A stretch of DNA of 63,749 bases, counting the filler, from Sluysia triapertura (Eukaryota): NCBI GenBank assembly GCA_046118255.1. It is 5 parts of 5 records of this genome, joined end to end, with 100 filler letters (N's around TTAATTAATTAA, not from the genome) between each part and the next. Parts side by side here need not be neighbours in the genome. Positions count along the whole stretch, not along the records: positions 23,332 to 39,012 come from JBJNIA010221688.1; positions 39,113 to 52,627 come from JBJNIA010035374.1; 3 more parts are not named here. One strand, given 5' to 3'. The notes under the pieces were generated by a model, which saw nothing but the letters and a program-made list of their open reading frames with translations, did not search any database and was not told the origin of the DNA. Shown in pieces: positions 27,050 to 39,849 of the stretch. Within the stretch, counting starts at the first letter, position 1, and each line of letters begins with the position of its first letter. The position numbers were made by a program, and so were the translations under genes.

Positions 27050-28520
27050 GTACTTGAGAATCTGCAGATCGATAAGGTAACTTATTTTTAATTAAATAAT
27101 GATGCATCGATTATTCAATGGGATTCCTTGTTTCATTTGCAGCGAATTCGAAATAGTGTTATAAAAGATCTGCGAAATGAAAAGTATAATATCCGTTTTT
27201 AACTAAGTGCTTTCGATACCGACGTATTTCAGATTAAATGAATTCCCCGGAAAACATTCGACATGCAAGACCTTAGTGACATTGGCTCCGCAATTGAGTG
27301 CTGCGTGTGTTTCTATGACGATGTTTTGATTTTATACATGTAACTCTAAATGCTTTCATGGATTTTATTAACCCATTTTATATTATTTTTCTATACACCA
27401 TGTTATTTTATCTGCACAGAGTATTGACTTTTCCTTATTAATCAAGTACGACAAATGTCATCAATTTCTGATAAGTGGACAGTAATTGTAACTGTTTGAA
27501 AATAAATTACACTATTATTGATGTTTCAAGTTTAAAAATTGCCTTTCAAGGTCGAATATCTGAGAACAGCGCATTATTTTTCGATCATTTCTTAGCGATC
27601 ACGATGTATGATAACTTTGTATCGACCGAGTTTGTCGTATGGTCTTATGCCACAGCAATTTGATATATTTCATAATTTGACTGTTAATTTATGTAACATC
27701 AAACTTCCAAGCTGCATCACATTTCCATCAAACTGGGTTCCGAGTTGTTAGATTAGCACTTGATAAACTTGGTCACTAAACTAAAAAAATGCTGAAGCTT
27801 TGCTTTTATAATCACGAAAAACTCAACATCAATCGAATAAAATCTTCAATATGATTCATTTAAGATCAGTCTCAAAATTTTTAATAACAAAATATTCCAA
27901 TTCAATTAATTCTTACACTTAAATTATAACCTTTGGAGAACACTAATTTTTATTTTAGACCTATTATTTCTGACTAACAAAAATTTTCGAATTGAGACAT
28001 CATAATTGTTAAAAATTATAACTATTAAAATACCGGTTTTATGTTAGAACTACGTGGCATTTGTTTAAATGCAACAACTTTATAAATGTCTTCCGGAGTT
28101 TCAAATCGCCTTCACCAATCGAAGTTTCTAAAACTTTTCCAGAATTCATAGCTGTGTAAGATTTTATAAAGAAACAAAATGAAATTCAAAATCAGAATTA
28201 AACAGAATCTTATTTTTCTTACAGTCATTGTACAACATCGAAAATAGTCTCATTTAACAGAGCATTTAGAAACGTTTTGTGTCGAATTACACACTGTTAA
28301 CGAATTGATATTTTCGCGATACATTGAAGTAATTTTATTTTTCAATCGCGACTCAATTTTTATTTTATGTTTGGAGCATATTCTAAAATGGGTTAATGTA
28401 AATCTTGAATTGCTTCTTGTTTCTTGTACGAAGATCTCTCATTTGAAACTTCGCTTAGTTTCGTATTCAAGTTTCATATCAAGTCTATTTTGAATATTTA
28501 TTTTATTAGTTCATGTAGAA
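27050..28520. pseudogene. Degenerate coding-like region(s) with splice-like signals
   Basis: Raised GC and GT/AG signals on both strands. A plus-strand IECCVCFYDD fragment is weakly RING-like. No intact frame. Confidence 0.2.
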
Positions 28521-31500
28521 ATACTGCGTTCTTTTTGACTTGCTGGTCAGAATATTTTGTTGAAACTTATTTTTAATATATCTTCAATTTTGTTATTTGA
28601 TTAATATTGTTACTTTTTGGGGGTTTTCTTTTGACTACGAAAGAACAACCTCTTGTAATTTACGTTTTGAAATGTGTCACAATGAAAGATTTATTTGTAT
28701 GGTGAAAGTTATGATCGTATCATTCAAAAAACAAACTAAATGAAATATTGCTAATCAATAATTATGCAATCAGAATTTGAATTACGAAACTACTTACAAT
28801 CAGTATAATAATGATAATGAATTCTGAAAGCAAAGTCAAACATTTAATATGAATTTCACTATTAATAAGTTTGATTTCCGTTTTAATAAATATTTCAAAT
28901 CTTATGATCAGTTAAGATTTTTGATTGTTAAAAATATCACTTAATTTTTCACAAGTTGATAATTTTATTTATAGTTGATTATAATTGATTATTTTATTTA
29001 TAGTTGACATTGTGAATTGTAATTAAGTAGTACAGTCAAACTTGTTTTTGTGCGACTTTTTTTGATCGTTTTTCAGAACAAAATATTTTAAAGCTATTTT
29101 CGAAGTTTGAGCATATTTTTTGAGTTTTTTATGCGGTCCTATTGTTTTTGTTCATTTAGGGACAGGCGTATTAATTATATATTAATTTATTAACACGAAA
29201 TTTTATTTTATTAACCAATATAAAAGCCCTAACCATTTAATCCATAATAAACAACTAATTAAAACTACATCTGAATTTGCTATAATATTCTAACCAACCA
29301 GAACGATTTATACCCATTCAAATTAAGCACATGCGAGTAAATTAGATAGCGATCCCTCGCGAGTGGGCCTTTAACGCGAACATTTATATCTACTCACAAG
29401 ATTAATTATGCTGTACAGTCCTGATGTAACAGAATCCTAATTCATATAATAAATCATTTTCATTCTTTATTATGACTCCGTGCACTTAGTTAATGCTTGG
29501 ATTTTCTCAACGTACATTCGTTTATTATTTTTCTTGGTTTTCTAAACATCGAAAGTAATATTTTTGAATTTCAATTCACGTATTCGATTTTATACAGTGA
29601 TTCTTATATTTAATATATTATTATTTATTTTTAATGTTATTTGGAATTAAATCGGGTGCCTTTGGAGTGGCATACATGATTCTTATATTTAATACATTTT
29701 TTTTATTTTATTGCTATTTAATAGGCATGCATATCATGTCTTTGTAGTCATTGGCAATTTACTCGCTTAATGAATCAGTTTTGATTTAATAAGAAGTAGT
29801 TTTTGAATTGAAGATTAATTTTTACACGCAAGCAAAACTCCTACATAAATTCATCAATATATTGTTTTATTGATCAAGTTGCATGTGTTGAGTATTTTGT
29901 GTATCAATAAAGATTACTGGATGTACTAAACACGTAATTTATAAATGTAAATATTTAATTTGTCATTTAAAATATTCAAGACTAACAATAAATGACTCTT
30001 ACCGAAACTTCAGAAAGTATATCTATATAAGACTACATGTATAATGAATTTATTCTAAACCAATCTTAAGCAGCAAAAACATTAATTTTTTGATGAAATT
30101 AGATTATTGATGTAAAAACCATGGGTATTCTGCTATATTTGGATTTACAAAACTTTTCTTGAATCGCAAATAGTTTGATAATCTGAAGTTTAATAACCAT
30201 AGAAACTTTTCATTATTGCTAAAATTATAAAAATAAAGCATCTAATCTTTAATTTAGACATCATGTTTAATTTAATTTTTATTTACACAGTTATTTACCC
30301 AAATAATTTATAAAATAATATATTAACGAAAGTAATTAATGTTTAACTCAAATATAAAATCAATTGACAAGTTCATTGTATGTGAGCTACACAATGATAT
30401 GAAAATGTGATAAAACTCACCGAGACTTAAAATCTTAATTAACTTAAGAAAAAATTACGTTTGTATTGTAAAGAAAGCACACATATATAAACATTCAATG
30501 ATTATAAGGCACACATAATTTGTTCATAATTTAACACATATACAAACATTTAATGATTAATTTGTTATTATACAGATATTTGTTCATAATTTATTGATTA
30601 ATTTGTTTGATTTGTAAATCATTATTTTAATTATTTAAAACTATAATTATTATTTTAATTTATTTGGAACTTTAATCATTATTTGGAATTAAAAGTATGT
30701 TGTTTTTAATTATTTTTGTTTTTAATTTTAATTATTTTTATTGTTAATTTTGATTATTTTTAATTATCTAATGTGACTATTTCTTAATAAAAAATACTTT
30801 ATTTTAAATATTTTTACTTTATTTTAAAAATTATTTTTGTTTTAATCTGATCTTTCAAGGTCGGATTAAAACAAATATATAAGCAACTGAAAATATGCAA
30901 AACCACCACAACAACAACTAAAAAATAACTTATAAATTTTCAAGAATATTCATTTGGTACAATAACTCTAGGACAATTGGAAATTCATTCATTATTATTA
31001 TTTGTCAAAAATAGTCACGTTAGATTGATTTAAATTTAAGTATCGATATTAATATATATCTAAGTAAAATACACGCAAATTTAATTTAATCATTTAGACC
31101 ATATAAAGGTCTCAAGTAACATTTCATTTTTAAATTATAAAGAGAGTATAGCTAGTTATACCTAGCTATTGTAAAATCATTATAAATCTGTAAATTAATT
31201 TTTATTTATTTATTTTACCTTTGTAATAACGTTATTTATTTAAATAAATTGTTAGTTAAACTATTATTTATGATTTTTGATATAAAATTGTTTAAAATAC
31301 ATTAAAATATATTGTCAAAAAGTTTTTTCCAAACTAGAATATAAGTTCTAGTAAGTAAACTCATTTAATTAATCCTATATAATAGGATTTGGTAAATTTC
31401 ATTAATAAACATTTGAGTAACTTATTTTAAAATATTCAACCACATATCAGCGAAATAAACTTAAGACGTACTTAGTATTAAACTTTTCCTTTGATCTTAT

Positions 31501-31695
31501 AAGTAACAAGATAATAGATAACTCCAGAAGTGAGATAGATAAGTATAAGTTATAGGACTAACGTTAATTAAGCAAATCTTTCATTTTATAAGCAAAATCA
31601 AACGGCTGGCCCTCGCTGGTAAGTCCAGTACGTTGGTGAACTCACATTAAATTTTAAAATCTTTTATTCTTACATTCTCACAGCATGAATAGCTT

Positions 31696-32042
31696 CTGAA
31701 TGAAGAATGCCACGTTAAAATTCTAACTGTGTATGTATGTGTTTTAAAGAGATCTTCCGATGAAGATCAGGTTTGACCGAGTTCATGCGAGGAAAGCATC
31801 CATGTTGAGCAAAATCGAATTTTAATTAAGTTTTAATTAAAAATGATAATATTTTCATATTTAGAACGGTGAAGAGATTATGAATTGGGTAAGGAGCGAT
31901 TTCTATGAAATAGGAGGATCCGAAAATGTGTTGAAATATTTGTGAATTAGTTTATTAGGGAATGAGAACCTTAAACTATTTCTATTAGAAAATTAATTAA
32001 ACTGTAAAAACTAAAGCTAAATATATCATTTTAAGTATGTCA
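31696..32042 (+). mobile_element. 3' portion of family B LTR-like repeat
   Basis: Aligns with ~50613-50975 and ends at the same AAGTATGTCA. Confidence 0.75.
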
Positions 32043-32499
32043 ATTTTAGGTTTTTAAATTTGTGTCGACAATTAAATGTTAAATATACGAAATTACATAT
32101 TTGTAATAATTCAACTTTTAGTAATTTATAACGTTTTATAAATTGGAGTATAGTAATTGTCATACATTTTCTTAAAGTATTAAAATTACAAATAACCATT
32201 AAGACGTAAGACGTAAGTAAAGAGTAGGTAGCCGAGTTTGTCATGATTGTTTTAGATGATAGACAAAAAACATCTGATGTGATAGCTATTATAGGTTTCA
32301 ACTTAAAATTATAGTTGTAAATTCTTAGACACATAAATTTATATTCAGGAATCAATTTTATACGAAAAATATTTAAAAAACAAAATAACTTAATTTTAAA
32401 TGAGACAAAAATTGTATTGACGATTTTTAAATAAATTATGTAAGAAGCATATAAACTCCTTTATTATTATATACTACAAATAAATTTTTAACAAATAAA

Positions 32500-33260
32500 T
32501 TTAATACTGATGTTGAATTGTTCTTTGCTGCATCTCATTATCCACCATCGGTAAGAGGCCTAGATTTAATATCTAAAACATAAATCAACATGAATTTCAT
32601 ATTAAATTGTAATTCATAAAATACCTGATTACAAAAACATTCTTTCCATTTATACGTAATTATTGAATTTATTTTTTCAATGAGTTCGAATAACTTCGCA
32701 TATAGATCATCTTCTGTTGAATTCCAATTTTCTGAAATCAGTACACGTTGCGCATAGCGTGGTGGATTGGTGTAAAATCTTGTGACAATTCGACATAAAT
32801 TACTCTTTAACGAAAACGTTTTCGTGGTCTCTAAAACTGTTGATCTACTTGAATTCTGGTCTAAATCAAAACTGTTTTCATATTGTATGTGATATTTTCT
32901 CCAAAAGGCATTATTCGCTCTAGTTTTGTATCCCGCGTTTAATTTGACTCTTAAATGAATTATATTTAAGATTTTTGATTTCTTTATCCATAGGTATAGT
33001 GGAAAGTTTGATCAATTTGTTACACTTATATAGGATTTTATTAGAAGATTCTTTAGCATTTGTTTCAAGATCATTAATTCCATTTTGAATTCGTTTGAAA
33101 TGTTTTATTTCACAATTTTCATAATTACTTGATTCACGAACATATTTCCAGATTATAAGTTGCTTCGGATGCATTAATTCTTCAGTTGTTATCGTAGAAG
33201 GAATTTGTATAAAGATAAATTTATCTATCTGTCGTTTTTTTAGTATAACATGTAGAAAAT
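32500..33260 (-). pseudogene. Frameshifted orphan gene
   Basis: ORF 32920-33174 extends upstream and continues in a shifted frame (RANNAFWRKYHIQYENSF...NPPRYAQRVL), with a GT-AG intron-like segment near 32575-32625. Confidence 0.35.
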
Positions 33261-33339
33261 TATACGAAATAAAAATAAATGTTCTTTTTTCTCATTTTTT
33301 TTAAACGCTTATGATAAAAATTAATTTTTTAATCAATAT

Positions 33340-34479
33340 TTTTAGCTTTTTATTGGCTATCCAATCACGACTTCAAAATGATTATATGTATACTACCAGT
33401 CGTGATTGGATGATATTCAATGATTGAATAATAAAATATATTTTTGATGATTTACCATCATCAATATTGATATATTAATAAAATAGTGAACAGTGTCAAT
33501 ATTGATGATGGCGACAACAAATACGGATTAAATAAAATTTGTAAAAATGGTCTGATGGTTGATTATAATAATAATAATAACAATAATAATATTGCTATTA
33601 TTATTATTATTATTATCAAATGAAAACAAATCGCATAAATCTGTCTTTTGAAATTTACACGAACTTTTCTATCAAATCCTTTAATTCTTACATAATGAAA
33701 TAAAAATGAAAGATAAAAGCTGTTGATAATATGTGAAGGAGCAACGGTAACATGGTAAATTGTCGTTGCTGCTTCATTTCTGAATTTAATTGATTTAGTG
33801 CGTATAAATTTTATTTTATAAAGACAAAGAAATGATTTAAGTTGTAAATGGAATAAAAAATATTAAATTAATTTCTTGTAATTTGTTTAAGTTTTACAAT
33901 TAAAAACAGTATTTATGCATTAGATATAATGATTTGAAAGACTTGATAAAAGGTTGTGGTTTATTAAGTTTAAAAGATAATTAAAAAATAATCTTGGCGT
34001 ATTTACAATGTTGTCGTAAATGTTGGTGATGATTATGTGTGGATGAAATGAGTTTGGCTTCGTGTAATTGATTAGAGATTGTAACGTAATATTTTCTATA
34101 TTTCAGGTACTTGTTAATATCATTAAATGGTGTTAATGATATTTATGGTTTAAGTGTTATATGTTGTGATTGTGTTTTGGTTTGGGAGGATGACTATTAA
34201 GTTAATATGGAGTATTCGGTATTGATTATCAAAGTATAGTGTAAAGTAAATGATTGAGAGTATTCGACGAATTGTTTGAGATGTATATGTTGTTGAATTA
34301 TTATAAATTATTGTTAATTATGCATGTGTTAATGTAATTCGATAGTGTGAAATGTAGTTAATTTAGATATTATGTTTTTTGTTAACTAGCTGTTGTGATT
34401 TGATAATGTTAAGTGTGATTGTGATTTAAAAGTTGTGAGATTTTAGAAAATTTTTGAATTATGAGTGTCGGCCACTACA
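33340..34479 (-). mobile_element. Family A LTR-like repeat, copy B
   Basis: GTCGGCCACTACA end; G/T skew on plus strand; GCATAAATCT motif; ATTGG-CTAT-CCAAT at 33352-33365. Left boundary approximate. Confidence 0.5.
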
Positions 34480-35448
34480 ATTACCTATTTTAATATCTCG
34501 TTTTACAAATTATTAAAATGTTCATCATAATGATTCATAGTTTAAAAGTCTAATTCACCTTATAATTGTTGCTGAATTATATATAGAAAATCCAATATAG
34601 AAATTTTAACCATATTTTGTTTTCACATTACTAGAATACCAACTTCAAGTTGTATTATCGAGTTATTATAAACAATTTCTAATCGATCATATAACAATTA
34701 TTGAAGAAATTTAAATTTAAATTGGATCAATTTTTCAATTTGACGTACATGAATTTAATTTATTGAAATATCGTTAGTTTATTTTAAATAGTCGACGAAG
34801 TTTAAAGAAAGTAAACTTGTTTGTAATTTCTTTTATGTAACTTTTCATTACAGAAATAACATTAATTTTTATTTATTATTATTATTAGAAGTATTTTGTT
34901 TTCACCATTGTAATATCAACATTCTAAAATCAACACATAAAGCATTATCGACACCAATTATCTTTAAATTACATTGTTTTAATATTAATATAAAATCCGC
35001 AGTCATATTAATTTGGATTCTTATATAATAACTTAATATTTTTATTCAGCAAGATCTTTTTTATATTTATATTATTAGGATCGAATATATTAAATTATTA
35101 AACTCGAATTATTAAATTCGAATATATCGAATTATTAAACTAAATTTGCTGTCAAATCAGTAACATAAATATTGTTTGCATAAAGCAGTTAACAGTCCAT
35201 TAACTTACTGTGTACAATTGATCTCCATTATTCCCATTTAACGTTCTCTGCTGACACTTACGAGTTGGCCCTTAATTGAGTAAGTCCAATTTCTGAAGTA
35301 GCTCAAATTTATAATCAATTCATACAAAGTATAACTAAAAGTTGCAACATTTTCAACTATATTTTTTTAATGGTGTGATTGGCCATTCAATTTAAAATTC
35401 TGCAATCTCGCACAATAAGTGCTACACAATGATAAGAACTAAACTAAT

Positions 35449-35466
35449 TTATTATTATTATTATTA

Positions 35467-35513
<47 letters not shown>
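35449..35513 (+). repeat. (TAT)n microsatellite
   Basis: Read directly. Confidence 0.95.
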
Positions 35514-35654
35514 GTTAAATTGTCCTTAATTGTTATATTTCTCTTCATTCTTTTCTTTATACACATAATCAGTAGGTAAATGAAATACAATTTAGGTGTT
35601 GTGTTAAGGATTAAAGTAAAAATGTAAAACGTTAAAGACTAAGGATGATCTGTA

Positions 35655-35730
35655 TGTTGGGGTAAAGGTCTAAAGTGTCATGTATAAATATTGACTATAA
35701 TAAAATAAAATTGTTAGATTGAGCTGATAG
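35655..35730 (+). mobile_element. Truncated third copy of the tRNA-containing element
   Basis: TGTTGGGGTAAAGGTCTAAAGTG...TTGTTAGATTGAGCTGATAG, then similarity is lost. Confidence 0.7.
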
Positions 35731-35974
35731 GTAGAAATAACATTTCTTTGATGTCGGTTTTTGGAGGTACTTTGTCAAAATACCTATGTGGCGAATATTG
35801 TCAGATCGTTGGTTGCCTTCCATGATCATCCAGAGTTTCCTTCCCAGTCAGTATGGTTAGATGGTACCTGCAACAATGCCATATTAAAAGAAAATGATGT
35901 AAGTTGCCTCTCACTTGTATTAGGTAGCAGATTCATTTATGTGCCCAATCCTTGTGAAGCAATGATAAATGTTC

Positions 35975-36747
35975 GGTGATAATGATGAAAAGCAAGAAAA
36001 TGATATAAATGTTGATGAAGCTGAAGAAAATGATGAATAAGATAATGACCAAGCTGTTGATGAAGATCCAAACCAAGAAAAATATGGTGATTATAATGAT
36101 TCTAAAGATGCTGCAGATATTCCTAGTGATCCAGTAAAAGATATTACCCCTGTTGCAGATGCTGATACTAATGCCGATCCTGCTACTAAAACCTAAATTA
36201 ACTAGTGATGCTGAAGATGACGACTGATACGATGATGATTCTAATGATGATACTGATCATGATGTTGAAACTCCACCCCGGAGGGAAAAACGTATTCGTG
36301 GTAATAGAGATTCTGCTGTTCGTGAAGAAAATGTTAGTGGGGATGAATTACAAGAAGGTGGTGATGATTAAGAAGATGATTTTAAAGATGAAAAACTACT
36401 TTATGAAGAACATAACAATGACGAAGAAGACGATGAAGATGAAGATAATGACACTGATGAGGAAGATAATAATACCCCTCATGCTTTTGATATCTCACCT
36501 CGGAGGTAACAGTGATGCAACTGCTTGTGAAAAAGAAGATGTTGTTCCTTATGAAGACGAAGATGATAATGACAATGATGTTCCAGAAGTAGAAGAAGAC
36601 GCCATAGAAGAAAATGATGATGATACGAATGATGACACGGATCCTACTGCTGCAACTTCAACGCGAAGAGAAGAACAATATGGCACAAGTCATAATGGTG
36701 GCGATGGAGATTTCGCTGCTCGTGGTTCCTGTTGCAGTTGTTTCTGA
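35975..36747 (+). pseudogene. Degenerate highly acidic (D/E-rich) low-complexity ORF
   Basis: GAT/GAA-rich frame (…EEHNNDEEDDEDEDNDTDEEDN…) with several stops and a frameshift. Confidence 0.45.
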
Positions 36748-36993
36748 TTGGAATTAAGATGACAAACGTAGTGCTGCATTTTTGCTGCATTTTTTGAACC
36801 CGAATATGGATCTTCAACTGTTGGAGACAAGGGCTGATTGTTAGCAGAAAAATATGTGACCGAAGATGGATCGGCTGTTAGAGTACTCTGTTCCAGGAGT
36901 CTTGGCCTTGACCCTCAAAGAACATTCTTGCTGTTGCCGCTGCTAATGTTATTTTATTATTATTACTCTGCTTGATCCGATCTGTTTCTGTGT

Positions 36994-38865
36994 ATGTCTG
37001 AAATTAGGCCGAAACCTAATTTTCCTAAAAAGTCAATCAAATCTGATCCTACGGTTTTTCAATCAACGTCCCGACAGCTTAATCAAAAGACTCGGCTTGT
37101 CTCACAGAACAAAAATATGGGTGCCGCAACAGTCCAACATATCGCTCCGCCTACGTCCATACCTGAATGGACCAATTTTAAGCCTACATTCGCCAAGCTG
37201 TGAAACATACGAGTACAATTCACCCTAGGACAGTGCCAACATCGAACAAACTCGTGATCCCTAAATGGACGAATATTAAAATATCGGGTCGTAGGACTGT
37301 TAACCTCCCAATCCCTAGAATAACCAGGAATACCAAGGTGACAACTTCTGAACCTAAGCCGCCTAACCCTACTAATAACATGGGTCGTAAGAATTCTGTT
37401 CCCTCAAAGACTGCGACTGTTAAAATATCGAACCTATAAACAACAGTGAACGTAAAGTTCTTTTCCAAAAAAAGTGCCTGGAAGGAAAAACTATTTCGGT
37501 ACAATAATCTCCAAGTCACAAGTTACTACTACTATCTCTGCTGTGGTGGTACCCACAACCACCACCTACATAACAAAGGGCTTCTCCACCCATAACCTGA
37601 TAATTACCATTGATGGGAATACATTCTTCTGTGTAAAACTGAATGCAATGAAACCTTGACCTATCCCTCCTATTGGTGGTGAACCTACGCTGTCTAATGC
37701 TGAAGTGTATTGTGAGACTCCTGTGGCAATTCCGACCTTCACTGAGGTAGCCATCCAAAACCCTAATGTTAATCATAATGCTACAACCTACTTCTGTGAC
37801 GCACCACCTCAATCTATCAGTACCTTTCCAATCCTAATCCATCGATCTTGAACGGCACACCTCCTGTGATGCCCACTGACAACGATCCAACTGTTTATAC
37901 CTCTGAAATTACTCCTATCGCTACCATTGTTGATCCCATTAATATTACGCCTCAAACAATTCTCCTGCACCGACTGAGACCTATGAAATTATTAGTCTCC
38001 ACAATGAGTCTCTCTCCACGACTCCTCACATTGTCCCTGCTGAACCCTCTGTTACTTCAGCTTTCGAAAATGGTATTGATCTTGATGACTGTACCAACTA
38101 TATTTCTTCAAATTCTTGCAATAAGTTGCATGATAATGCTCACATCATTATCTCTCCTAAGGGATAGATAGACATTTTACTACCAAACACCACCTTGAGT
38201 AATCTTAAAGTAAAGTGGAGCAATCGAGACATGGGAAAAGTTTACCATAATCCACAGTGAACACACTAACGTCCTTCATAGTGACATTCGTGGTGCTGGT
38301 AAAAAGTCACCGTCCTATCCTGTACACGTTCGGTATATTGCCTGCGGGATTACTCAAAAGCTTAATCCTAATGATTGCAATAGCCTTAAGCGTCACCAAC
38401 TTGAGAAGCATAAATTTAAAGGAAATCAAGTCATTGTTAAGTGCTCCTGCTCCCTTCTTTTCGATAGTCTGGTTTCTCTTTCCAATAATATACTGCAGGC
38501 ACCAACTTGACTCTTACTCCAACTACTAAGGACCTTGATTCCACCCACCGGTCAGATTGACTATCCCTGAACGTGATCATGACTTTCTTTGATGCATACA
38601 TCTCTGACCCTAACTCAGTAGTAAGTGATTTCCCTACCGAAATTCTCAAGTTGGGAACATATCTACTGGAATTTGAATATTGAGAATCATTGGATTCTTC
38701 TTATTTTCAATAGAGATTCTAACTTCTAACTCTTCTCCACGTCACGTGTCCCTTTTATGTGACTTTCTTTAAAATATTATGGTCGAATACAAGTACCAAG
38801 CTAAACAAGATTTTGTATATAAAGTCATTCCCTATCCAACTCAAATTGGCCTTACTGTTCGTGAC
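36994..38865 (+). mobile_element. Degenerate NeSL-like retroelement N-terminal region (P/T-rich linker, C2H2-like finger, Ulp1/C48 protease)
   Basis: VR(Y)IACG...LKRHQLEKH; KDLDSTHRSD*LSLNVIMTFF; IYWNLNIENHWILLIF; PTQ...DC. These are Ulp1 motifs in the expected order. No RT seen before the insertion and contig end. Confidence 0.55.
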
Positions 38866-39012
38866 TGTTGGGATTAGTGAAGAATAAAGGTTGATATAAG
38901 GGTCAAAACTTAGGATAACAGAATAAGTTGAACGCTATTAAAGAACTAAGACGAGGCATTATGATGAACTGCAATAGTAAGATAACTATAGAGAATATTT
39001 GAATCAAAGTAA
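38866..39012 (+). mobile_element. LTR-like start, family C (TGTTGGGATTAGTGAAG...)
   Basis: Aligns with 63673-63749. Confidence 0.55.
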
Positions 39013-39112
39013 NNNNNNNNNNNNNNNNNNNNNNNNNNNNNNNNNNNNNNNNNNNNTTAATTAATTAANNNNNNNNNNNNNNNNNNNNNNNNNNNNNNNN
39101 NNNNNNNNNNNN
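39013..39112. other. Artificial contig linker
   Basis: N44-TTAATTAATTAA-N44. Confidence 0.97.
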
Positions 39113-39553
39113 AGATGTTTTCACCTTCACCTCTCTGATTCCTTTTTCTACTTCTTCATGTTAATTATTACTATGTTACACTTATCTTTATTATTTTGAA
39201 CAAGGATTTTATTTCTCAGTCATTATACACTTTATAAGGTTACTAAAGGATCTCAAATGCCTATAGACATTTGAAGAATACCTAAAGGTTACTAAGGTCT
39301 TCAATAATCTAAAGTTCTAAGGTTCAAAGGTTTTTCAAGTCCATCCCAAGTTTCCACAAGATCTCAAACCCCTATATAGGTCTTTGGAACTCCAAAGTAT
39401 TCTTTAACTATTAACATCATTATAGATATTTTATTCTCATGATTCTTATTCCAATAATGTTTACCATGTTTAATCAATCACTGTGTATCAGTTATTTTCC
39501 TAATTTTATATGTTTTCATTCATCTCCAGATCCACAGTTGGGCAATCCCAACA
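39113..39553 (-). mobile_element. Family B LTR-like repeat, truncated by contig start
   Basis: Ends CAGTTGGGCAATCCCAACA as at 23889; long alignable block with 23410-23889. Confidence 0.75.
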
Positions 39554-39849
39554 AATACTTAAGAATTTTAAGGCAGAAGATACTGTAGTGGTTCACTCTT
39601 CCGCCCATGATTATATTTTCCAGTGTACACAATTTTGAATGTTTAATGTTTATGAAAGTTGTGTTATTACTTTAACAATTAGAAAATTAAAATTTATTCT
39701 AAAATTTTTATTAAAAATTATGTTTTATCGCATCTTTACTAACAAACCAAAATTTATGACTAAATAACAAAAGAAAATGATAAAAAAATGACAAATTTAT
39801 TAAGATATAACTGAACAATATATTTAAATTTGTAACAAAAAATTGTTTC

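Noticed and set aside
36205-36500. Met-rich N-terminus of the 180-aa ORF
   Set aside because: Off-frame reading of GAT/GAA repeats from the acidic frame.
39711-39849. Hydrophobic C-terminal tail (TM) of the 442-aa ORF
   Set aside because: Probably arises from reading through a 56-nt intron; the spliced frame stops at 39850.
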